Assembly: GCA_051362555.1 (NCBI GenBank)
Contig: CM120647.1
Location: 1,736,001 to 1,800,000, forward strand
DNA: 64,000 nt
Direction: 5' to 3'
Source of the DNA: Lingula anatina
Taxonomy: Eukaryota > Animalia > Brachiopoda
Shown here: positions 37,351 to 48,800 of the stretch, piece after piece
Position numbering within the stretch: the stretch's first letter is position 1
Layout of the letters: every line of letters starts with the position of its first letter
The notes under the pieces: model-generated
What the model saw: the letters and a program-made list of their open reading frames with translations, nothing else
The model's database searches: none
Told to the model about the DNA's origin: nothing
Made by a program: the position numbers and the translations under genes

Positions 37351-38531
37351 CTTGTTATACATGCTGTAATACACTCTTCGTACTGTGTTTTTATTTACAT
37401 CTGCTTTGAATTATGGGAAGATAAAACTGTGATTTTTCATTCTTACAATAAAGCAAGAGGTCAGTTCCAAATAAGCGTCCATGACAAACACGACATGTTT
37501 ATGTCACAGGCAAATATTGAAATCAGTGTTTTCTTTCTCTTAGTGTCCATGTGAGTTTTTCACAGGTGATTGATGAAAATTTACTTGATTAATGAAGATC
37601 ACAAGGTTTGCGTGAAAAACCTTATCAAAGTCAGTGTACCTGATAAAAACTTGTATGAAAACTACTGTGAAATTACCCACATCAGTTGTGTATGTTTGAA
37701 CAATTGTATTTGGTATCATTTTAAACATAAAATAATCTAAAATAATGTTGCATACTCATGCTACTAAAACATGCCTCATCCTATATTTCCCCAAAATGTT
37801 TTATATCTTAAAAGAGCTATGTTATCAATGTTCCATGCCGTCATAGGTTAAGATATACACAAAGTGAAAGCAAACACTGAGTTCAATGTTTTTTCACTTG
37901 GATAAAATCCGTTTTTTTTTAAATAAAAAATGACCCCTGGAAAATGGACCGGTTTTCATAAGACTTATACAAATAAAACATTGCTAGCTTTCCCTGCTAC
38001 ACCTTTGATTTAACATTTCTTTACTATTTTAATTTCTTTACTATTTTAATCAGTCTTTGATATATCTCTATGAAATTGTATCGAATTTTAAAATTAAAAT
38101 GCTTTCCCTATAAAATGTTATGGTCTTTAAAAATGATCTTTAAAAATTATCCTGAGAAGAATACAACTTTATTTCACTAACCACACCTGTAAGTTTCATA
38201 TTATGTGCCTTAATCTATGACATCCCCTATTTAATTATGCATGCCATACAAACAAACTGGGTGCTCAGCTGCAAATTACTTGACCAATTAACATAGTCAT
38301 TATGCTCTTGCCAATGCAAAGACCCAATTGGGACGTGGCCTGGGTCACTTAGGAAGTGCACTAGATTGGGATCTGGTCTGTAACATATATATGTAAATCA
38401 GATCTTCGCACTCAAAACAGAGTTATATAAGGTATATGTAAATAAAGTCCTAATCTGCATTCATTTGGCCCCAGTGTTATTCTACGGAAGGCTGCCCAAG
38501 GGGGTTGTCAAAATAGGCAATATAGGTTCAA

Positions 38532-38534
<3 letters not shown>

Positions 38535-38600
<66 letters not shown>
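38535..38600. repeat. (AT)n microsatellite
   Basis: Seen directly. Confidence 0.97.
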
Positions 38601-38603
<3 letters not shown>

Positions 38604-40471
38604 TCAGATGATTTAGTGTAACAATTGTACAGACAAAAGCATGAAACTTTCCACGATGAAAGACCATTGGGTGTTAATTAATTTTAGATGGAGGGCAACT
38701 CCGAAATTTATGAGTAGCCGGAAGAGCGGCATAGTTAAAATATGCTCACTCAGCGTTTTTATGTACACCCAAATTTCACCAGAACAGATCACTGCCAGAG
38801 TTAACTTTGATGTAACAGATAAAACAAAAACATGTACAGTCACTGTGTACATGTGTGAGGGTGACAATGACGTCGTGATGTAGCCACTAAGTGATACTGC
38901 ACAACACAAAATGACGAATATTCACTCGCTCCGATAGTCCCAGTAGTCGAACCCTGCAGTGTTCTTTGATGTACATTTTCATTACAGAAATGCACCCCTA
39001 AAGGCCGAAAAAGTAAAATTAGCTTAGTTATAAATTGCTTCATGTACTTCCGAGACACACAGCATTTTCCAAAATGGCCGTCAATTTCTGAATGACAATA
39101 GAAAAAAACAACCAGAAGTCAACGCACATTCTTTAACGCATTGTGGCTTTTGTGAATGTAAGAAGAACACAGTGTTGACGACAATGTAAGAATGCTGGAC
39201 CAGGGCCCCTTCACATACAATGAGGACCATGTGATAGACAAAATAATGCCCCTGGCCAGTATTGCCAGGTACTAGTAACGTACATGATGCCGGGATGTGA
39301 TAAGAATTTCGTATTTTTAAAATAATTTATTAATTAGCATTTACTTCCAGTCAACTAGTTTTACGCTAAATGTTTTACTTTGTAATAGTCTGTCTATAGG
39401 CAGGTGAGTGTATTTACTCTTATGTAACCAGAATGTGTCGTCACTTTAAAAACACTTTTAATTCTTAAGAATGCGTCAAAGCAATTAGGAGTCAATTAAC
39501 AGAGTCTATATACTACTTAAGGAACATTACCTATATGTTATTTCCTATGTACAACCAGCGCAAGTGACTGTAAGGTGAGATACATGTTTTTTCTAGTCTA
39601 CTTATTGCTCTTTTTTTTAAATAGTCCTTATAAAATAAATCAATAAAAATCTCAGCATGAAGCGGTAGTGGGTGCAAACATTCACATTTATAGGGGCAGG
39701 ATACTTCTGAGAATCACTACATGTCACCTAATTTCAACAGCGTCGATCCTTTTTCAACTGCTCTTCATCTTATTCGTGTATTCAACCCCTGTATCTAGAA
39801 GCCAAGTTAGTGCCGCCCTTTACATTTTGTCCCATATTATGAGCCTTTGTTCCATATTACAGTGTCTTAATCTCGATCTTCTTTTAACAATGAGTGAAGT
39901 TAAACTGTTGAAAGGTTCAAATATAAAAAAAAATTATTTAGATCCCTTTATCATTTATGAAACTCGTATTGATTTGATGCACAAATCCTGCATACATTGA
40001 GTGGGAAAGACTTCGCATATTTCACGGGGAGTTTTAATGAAGCAGGAATGTTTAGAAACAGTTTTATATAACTTTAAGTACGGCAAAAACTAGGCATGAC
40101 CATTTCATGGATCTTTTGTTTTATTATAATCATTAAAAGTTATGAAATAAAAATGAGTGTTTAAACAAAAATAGGAAAAAGCAAACCAACGCATTTCATT
40201 CTGCTCTACACATTATCTGTATATGGGGAAATAAGCTTAAGAAATTCACAGAATGGTGGTTAGTAACTTTGATGTGGTAAGAAAAACCTCTGCTTGACAG
40301 GAAAGTTTTTAGATTGGATCATAGTCGCCGAGAGGCGTACGGTTACGATATTATACCAGGGGTGTATCGTTGTTAACACAATTTTTATACTCGTTACATA
40401 AACAGTAGTCACACATATTAAAGGATAACTGACTGACATAGACTTAAAGTGTCTTCCTGTTTAGGAGCAGC

Positions 40472-43025
40472 ATGGTCTGGGTACTCGCAATGGCGATATG
40501 TGTCGTGACCGGTGTCCAGGTTCAGGGGCAACACAATCCCCACAGACCAACGAGTGTGCAGGAACTTGGTTTTGGTGAGTATTAATTCCATCGGAAAAAA
40601 AATATGGCATTGTAAAACTTATATCAGAGTTTATCAAAACGTAACATCTGTACTGTTCAACTTGGGTATTTCAATATTAAAATGTATAATACATCTATTG
40701 TTCCTACATTCGCTATGATAACTTTGATAAGCTGCAAGCAATCATTATCAGACCCCCTTCGATTTCCGAAATAAAAAAAAAAAAATCACACCAATGGTCC
40801 CTTCTTGAAATTAGAATTTTGTCTAGCTGAATCAAAGTTCTAACCCGTACCAAATGTCACCGTTCGCCTTCTAAAATAGCAACATTTTTGGGGACCCTTC
40901 AGCGGGCCCCGAATCCCACGCCCGGGGGGGTGGGGGTGTCGGCTTCGCATCCGCAGCCTGTCATTTCTAAAAATCGGACCCCCACTTCAAATAATCCTGG
41001 ATTCGCCCCTGTAGAGCCTGACTGAAATTGAAAGTTTGTTTTATCTCATAACTATACAACCTCACTGGCTCCCAGACGTGTGCATTGAGTCACTTCTGTT
41101 ACTAGATTATTTTTATTAAAGGCTGTCTCCTGGATATGTGTATAGCCGTTGATTCCTCTCACAGTCTTGACAGCCAAGGTTTCCAGCAGGAACTCGACTT
41201 CCTGGAAAAGCTGGTCGACTTTATAGACGGCATGGCGGGCAAAGTGAAGGCACATTATGCTGCGGTGGTGTTCTCTACCAATGTCTCTGTACACTTTGAC
41301 TTCTCTGAGACAAGGACGAAAGAGGAGATCAAGGGAAAGTGAGTTCTGGTTGAATGACGATGTAAAAATGTAAAAGTATATGTGAAATCATTGAAAAATA
41401 ATAATGCCGTAAGAGTTACTTATTGATTGATATTCTAAAATTGCATATCTTTATTACATGTGTGTATTATAAGACCTTCTACTTTTTCTTTTAAAGATAT
41501 TTAGCAATTTTTTTAACTACCACTATTCTGACCTCTCCCAGATTGCAGCAGATTCCTTACATCCGGGGCCGCACTAACATACCGGACGCCATGGAGCAAT
41601 GCCGGATGCTGCTCCAACGGTCGCCCAGTAAACGTTACGCTGACATTGGAGCTTATATTGTAACACTGGTCCTCACTGACGGCGTGGCCAACGAAGGTAC
41701 CACATCTTCCAGAGTCATTTATTATTTCTTTATTTTAAATGTTTATTTCTTTATCATTTATATATATTTATCTAGATAATTAAGTAAGGCTTCGTTCACA
41801 TGCAATGTCTATTTTCTAAATTCTATTTTCTATTCGCGCTATCTTATGATCACGGTCTGTGCACTGAATATCCTGAATATCCCTTATAGTAACTTATAGT
41901 AACTGGCTCGCGCTGCCAGTAATTACGCGGCGGGATATTCAGTGCACAGACCGTGATCATAAGACATGCCGCAAATAGAAAATAGAATTTAGAAAATAGC
42001 CATTGCATGTGAACGAAGCCTAAGTGGTATTCGGTGCAGCCAGGTTTATTTCATTTTAGCGTAATATCTAAACCAGCATTGCATGTTAGATGAACTCCCT
42101 TAAAACGGGTATGTTTTTTTTTCTGGTAATATATGTAAGTGTAATGATAAAAAACATTAAAACAAGTATAATTGAAAAAAAGAAAGAAACGGATAGAACA
42201 CTTTAAAAGGTGATAACCCAGCCTTCTTTTTTATCAACCAGGTATCTTAACCCTCCGCCAGGCGGCAGGTAATTTAAGACGAGACCAAGTGAAAACCATT
42301 GCAGTCGGGGCGGGGCCAGGGGTGAACGTGACCGAACTAGGGGTCATTGCTCAAGGTCGCCTTGATCACGTGTTCCAGGCTGACGTCCCGCGGCTGCATG
42401 AGCTGGTGGAGGCCATTGGGGCCACAGTCTGTGCAGGTGCGTTCATTTGAATGGGGTTGGGGGGGGGGGGGGTATTTCCTGAGTCTTTTCTGTTTTTCCT
42501 GAGTATGGCACTTAACGCTTTCTTTACTTTTTTTTTGCATATATATGAATTTCATCTTCAAGCACGATATGTTTCAAAACAATGGTCCTATTTTCTAAAA
42601 TAAACTTCACGTGAAGAATACTAGATACCGTATTTTTTAATGTAATTTAAGAAATTTCTCTCGTTCATTATTCATGAACCGGCGTTATTCTTTCGGCGTT
42701 AAATTCATGAGAGATATTGTTATTAAAAAAAAGGCCTATTCATCAAATTTGCAAACACTAAATTTTTTACATAAACTATTTTCTCTCTTAGCAAATTAGA
42801 TGTAAAAAAGCGAACAACATTTCTTAGGAATTAGTTGAATACAATGAAACCATTGTTTTGTTTCCAGGGAAGAAAGACACGTGCCAGTGGAGTAAGTGGG
42901 GAGAGTGTGATGCGCCGTGTGGCGGAGGGATACGTATTCGTACGCGAGGAGAAGAAAGTCCCTGCTGTGATGAGTGTTTAAGGAAGCTGGACGTCCAGTC
43001 GTGTAATCGCCATACATGTCCATAA
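40472..43025 (+). CDS. Gene C: secreted VWA + single TSP1 protein (recent paralogue of gene B)
   Basis: Exons 40472-40574, 41122-41338, 41542-41696, 42242-42436 and 42868-43025, with the same sizes and phases as gene B. MIDAS DSSHS. Ends CNRHTCP*. AATAAA near 43456. Confidence 0.92.
40752..41010. mobile_element. MITE family copy 2 (5'-truncated; same intron position as copy 1)
   Basis: Ends aaataatcctggattcgcccctg. Similar to 32010-32261. Confidence 0.7.
41788..42020. mobile_element. Palindromic Tourist-like (PIF/Harbinger) MITE, 233 bp, TAA target-site duplication
   Basis: taa|ggcttcgttcacatgcaatg...cattgcatgtgaacgaagcc|taa with long inverted arms. The paralogous intron of gene B shows the empty site with a single TAA (gtaagtgttattcggtgc, about 33116). 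Confidence 0.92.
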
Positions 43026-43177
43026 GGAAGAACTATCTACCGGACTTATAAAGATGTTTTAAGAATATTCTTCAGTGTTTAAATCCAAACTCATGGTTAC
43101 TTGGAGTGTCCACCATTTTAATTTGACTTCAATGGAAAATTCGTAAAAATCCATTAGTCTGGTAGTTATAAATGTAC

Positions 43178-43292
43178 ATGGATTGTTGAATTTATCATTC
43201 CACAGACAGTTTTATCTAAATATTTTCTTAAATTAGACGGTAAGAAAATATTTAGATAAAAAGTCTGTGGGACGATTAATTCAACAATCCAT
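43178..43292. repeat. Long imperfect inverted repeat (hairpin) in the predicted 3' UTR of gene C
   Basis: atggattgttgaatt...cacagac...ttttatctaaatattttctta pairs with taagaaaatatttagataaaa...gtctgtg...aattcaacaatccat. Confidence 0.85.
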
Positions 43293-45586
43293 CCGATGGA
43301 AAGTGCCTGCTCTTGTTGTCACTTATTATGTGACAAGTTGTTTCGTCAGTGGCCGATAACGTACTTAAAATTAGATTAATTTGACACCATTAATACATTT
43401 GTTGTATTTCAGATGGATGTAATGAACTGGAATTAATTCAGTACTGATTGAAAGAAATAAAAACGAATATGTCTAAACGCCAGCAAATATTGACACTGCT
43501 TACGACAAGAAAGATAACGATGGCGGCATCGGGTGCATTTCGGCGTTTCACACATGTTAATAAAATCACTGGAAAAAGTCCTGACACTGTTTTTGTCCTT
43601 GTGTCGCCATATTAGTATTCACTGCGTTTTGCCCCACCTCTGCGTCTAGACCGCAGCCTGCCGTGACAATTGATATCTAAAGCGCCGACATGGCTCAAGG
43701 ACATGAAGATAGTGTATTGGCATTAAAACTGATTTAATAAGATATAGTTTTGAGTCTTCGTTTAATAGACGTTATTCATCATCGTTTTATAAAAGAGACG
43801 CGGATTGTTGTGGCTAGAGAGACATGCGTTCTTCCACATAGGTGAACAGAGGTTTTGTGGTGAATTTAGTCGCCGTTTTGAAAATGTTGAAATAATTTGC
43901 ATACACAAGTACTTCAAGGGGCATAAAACTGCACGGTTCATTCCCTTAATGTGTGCAAGTTTAACCAGCCTTGGCAAAATGTCATTTAATCATTTCTTTA
44001 ATATTTTGCACCTGTTTTCTGTTTGCTCGCTGTATATTAAACCTGATATTATAATCCACCCGTCTGGGACGAACGCAGTTTTAAGACACATTTAAAAAGC
44101 GTCTGTTGTGTTGAATAAATTCCCAACTTTTAATGGGTAAATTTTGCAAAACTTTGCTTCTGTTGGTTTTGAGTTACAAGGCTGTTCCAAGGAGGATCTC
44201 AAAGTACTAAGGTTTGACCAGCCGTTCCTTTTGATGTGTCCTTTAATTGTGCCTCGTTGTCCAAGATGTTGTGCATTGTTTCGTTGTCCCGTGCTTGCGT
44301 TGTCACGCGGATATTCTGAGAACTGTCGTGCACTAAACGCTCGCAGTTGACAATCCAGATACTGGGGATGATAGTGACCGTGTTCTGAGAACTAGAGCGT
44401 AATTTAAAAAGAGATGATTCCGCGTCAAAACAGGATTGGAATCCAGTTTCAAGACATTGGCCACAGAATTACTTTTGAAGCTAAGTAAATGGTAAACTTA
44501 CACAGGACTTTAGTGGAAAATACAGCACAATAAGAACTGACTCCACGACATTTACCATTTTGTCTTCTGTTCGTTATATGGACCGTTTTTATATGTTAAA
44601 ATTACAGGAGACGACAGTGGCGACACCTCGCGGCAGGGAACTCTCACAGTTAGTGTGCAACTTTAAGTAATGGTGGAAATGAACTGAATACTTTACCGTG
44701 GTCAAAATATTTAACCAGTTTCTCCTCTACATTGTGGATATATACAATTTTCCAATTGAAACTGGTGCTTCAGAAGTTCTAAATTCAAATGGAGTCCCAA
44801 TAGTTATATTGGACGCTATATATATCCTTTAGGTCCTACATACCGGTATCGTCTGGTGTTTAATATAACGCCGATTCCATTGAAAAAGTTAACATTTTGG
44901 TCACGTCAGAGAGGCGCACATTTTGTGTAATATTTGCGTAAGTGTTTTAAAATCAATTTGAAACCATTGTTGATTTCTGTCATATTGGAGTGCACCATTA
45001 TATAAAACAGAAAATATTGGGGCATGTCAAATCTATGCAAATATTACTCAAAATGTGTGCGTCACTGTCATGACTCAAAGGTTCACTTTCCTGTCAAAAG
45101 GCCCCGTGTGTACTTTAATATGTGCAAGGACACAAAGGTCGAGGTCACTCAACTGTATATTTACTCGCTAATATTAGTGTATCTTATTTACGCGAGAATA
45201 ACGTTCTGCGTCTGAGAAAGATCCGCTGTCATGTAGTGCTAAGGGTTCAGGTACCGGATAAGTAGATGTAGATTTTCCGTATATGTCGCTGATTTACACC
45301 TAGTTTAACACGAGCTAGTGTCAGAGTGAGTCTCTTGGGGTCAAGTTAAACAGCTGTACATATGTGGAGATGACACGCTGGTAGTAGGGGGTGGGGGTGG
45401 GGGTGGGGTTGACGTGCTGTGCTGGAGAAGGGTAAGCGTGGGGTGCTTGGAGGGGGTCGGAAGGGGGTGATGATCTGTAGGGAACTGTTCAGTTAAAATT
45501 GGGATTGGTTAACTGTTTTTCCTTTTTTATTTTTGAAAAATTATTTTGCACACAAAAGGTGTGATATGTTTTTTTCCTTCAGGAGA

Positions 45587-45815
45587 ATGGCGTGGTGGGT
45601 TTCATGGATCGCTTTCACTTTCGTTTTCCTCCCACATGTGTGCGGTCTACCTGCGGGGACCACTGGCGTTATGTCCACAGGTGAGATATTGAAGTTATTC
45701 TGAACAACTAGTAGCTCACAGAACATGAGCAACCAAGTGTCAAAACGTCCGAAGGGTGAAGGAATTTCTACTTCATTTTTGCACTGGCGTGTATGTGTGT
45801 GTGCATGCGTGTGTG

Positions 45816-45867
<52 letters not shown>

Positions 45868-48800
45868 GTTGCGATTTTTCCGAAAGTTTAAAAGTTATAA
45901 AAATTGGCTTTAATCCCAGCCTTTTTTTACGAAAAAACTCACTGGCTGAATTTTATGTAATTTATTTAAACTCATTTTTAAGAAATGTTGATAAACGTAA
46001 TTTTGAGAGTACCGGTATTAAATTACTACTATAACCTCTTCGTCCCCAGGGCGTTACATATTCTATAACCATTATGAACTCTTCGTCCCCAGGTTGTTAC
46101 ATAGACCTGTGTATGGCCGTGGATTCCTCAGAGAGTCTGACGGAGTCAGGCTACAAAGATGAGATCCATTTCCTGAACAACGTGGTCGGATACATCCGTC
46201 AGATGCCGGAGAAGGTGATCTCTAACTACGCCATTGTGGTCTTCTCCACAGACGTGAGCGTCCATCTGGACTTCAGTCCCACCCAGACTGATGGGGAGGT
46301 GTGGTATAAGTAAGTTTTTCTACCCGAGGTTGCTACAATATAAAACGGAAGTAATCAACGTCCATACCGATCAGTGGCGGATTTAGGGGGGAGGTGGGGG
46401 TCAGTCCCCCCTTCGATTTCTGAAAAAAATCACACCAATTGTCCCCTCTAGAAATTAGACTTTTGACTAGCTGAATCATACTTCGAAACCGTACCAAATG
46501 GTACCGTTCGTCCTCTAACATACCAAACATTTTCGGGGCCCTTTAGCAGGCCCCAGGCCCCACGCCAAGGAGGAAGGGGGGGAGGGTACGTCGGCTTCGC
46601 ATCTGCGGAGCACTCCTTCAAATGACCCTGGATCCACCCTACCGATATAGTTTGTGTGAGAAAATACAGTGACTAAACCTACATATGACTCAGGACCCCA
46701 TTGACCCCCCCTCCCCCCCCCCCCCCCCACTGTTAGGCATATATTGCGAGAGGCTGGCAGTGTATTATATGGCATGCATACATACATGACGAGAAAAAAT
46801 ATTAGTATTCCACTAAAAAAAAAGAACCATAAAACGCTCCAAATGGACTGTATATGGCCACAGTTGCGTAACTTATCTAGGATTTCACGCTGTCATATGA
46901 CATAATGTGATGCCAGACACACACCACTTGCTGTCCGTGAAGTAAACGTGATGTACTATATAAAAGCTCATACAAGATAAGTGGGGGAGCCACCTAGTCA
47001 GTACTAGTATATCTTGTATCTTATTTTTATCACAGAACAGTGTATATAATAAATATGTGCTTATTATATAGAAAAATTATGCTTTATATATTTGAAATAT
47101 TTCCAGGAAATTGTGAACGTATTTTTAAATCGTGCTTCGTGTACATTTCAAACAGATTAAAAGTTCTCTTTTGGCACTTTTTTTAGAATTTCATGCTATA
47201 GCAAAGCAATGCTGTAAAACAAAACTTTATTCATGTTTGTTCTTCAGTTAAAGATTCATCCAAGGTTATTTTTACTACAGAATTGGCACAATCCCGTACT
47301 TGAGAGGTAGAACCAACATCCCGGACGCCATGGAGCAGTGCCGGCGTCTACTGCGCCAATCTCCCGGCAGCAGGCTCTACAAGGGGGACAAGGCGTTCGC
47401 TATAACCATGGTGTTAACTGACGGAATGGCGAACGCAGGTAATGAATGCTCGGGGACGTTCCAGGTGTTTTGGGCGTCAAGCTCTAACAGTATATAATAA
47501 TAATAATAATAATGATAAGTTTATTTTATATCACAGCATCCAAAAGGTTAATTTGGAACAAATATGTAAATTCAAATAACAATTTAAAGAAAAAAATAAG
47601 ATTAAAATAAAGACAGGCACCTAAAAGCTAGTTAAGGAAAATGGAACAAAGTGTTGCGGTACTCTTCAGTTTTAATATTTGGCCATTGAAATAGATTGAG
47701 CGTTATGCGTTGACATTCTTAGGGATTTGGAAGTAACAAGATCGTCTTATCTTGTTGTTTTTTGTATCTATAAGAAACTATACTAATATGATTTAGATGT
47801 CACCTAAACTGGATCGTTCATAAAACATCTGTTTTTTATCAAGGCAATTTGACACTCAAAGAAGCAGCCGACAACCTGAAAGCGGAGGGAGTGGTCACGC
47901 TGGCGGTGGGGGCGGGGCCTGGTGTCAATTACACGGAATTGCTGGTCATTGCACAGGGGCGGAGCAGCAACATATTCCACGCCCAGCTGGTGGAGAGATT
48001 GACAGATCTGGTGGAGGATATTGGGCTCCGCTTTTGTAACGGTAGGTTACTGGGTATTGACGTGGCGGCGGGGGGTGGGGGTGGATCTAGGCAGTAGGTC
48101 TTGGGAGTAGGGTGCTGGGCAGTGGCGGGGGTATGATATTGGGCAGTGACGGAGGGGCTACTAGGCAGTGACAGGGCAATAGGTGGTGGGGGTAGGTAGT
48201 GGGCAAAGTGCGGGAAGAAATGTGAGGGCAGTGGGAAGTAGAGCGGAAGGAGGGATAGCGTGCTGGGCAATAAGGCGGGGGTAGGGGGTACTGATAAATA
48301 GGTTCTTCATTGTCTTATTTGTAATTATGATATAAAATCGTCTCTGAATTTCCTCAAAGGTCGAAAAATGCGTTTATCTTTCTAAAAGGTATTTACCTTT
48401 TACCATTTTTGTACAGACACTGTGTAACTGTATATTATAGCGAGCATCTTCGGCTGACGTCGACGTCGCCGTGCACATTTCATTGTAAACGTGTATGGAA
48501 AACAGTGTGAGTTATTATTTAACATTTATGATTTTCGTCACGTGTTGTAATTGCCTTTAACTGGTTATTTCTCCTTTCTGTTTTGACAGAATCTCTGATA
48601 ATGCGGACCGATCCAAAAACCACTACGACTACCTCGACAACCACTACACCAACAACGACTACGACACCGACAACTACTACACCGACAACTACGACTACAC
48701 CAACAACTACGACTACACCAACAACTTCCACACCGACAACTACAACTACACCAACAACTACTACACCGACAACTACAACTACACCAACAACTACGACTAC

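Noticed and set aside
44310-44395. Two TTCTGAGAA STAT-like sites upstream of gene D
   Set aside because: Short motif that also occurs elsewhere in the window by chance, with no independent support.
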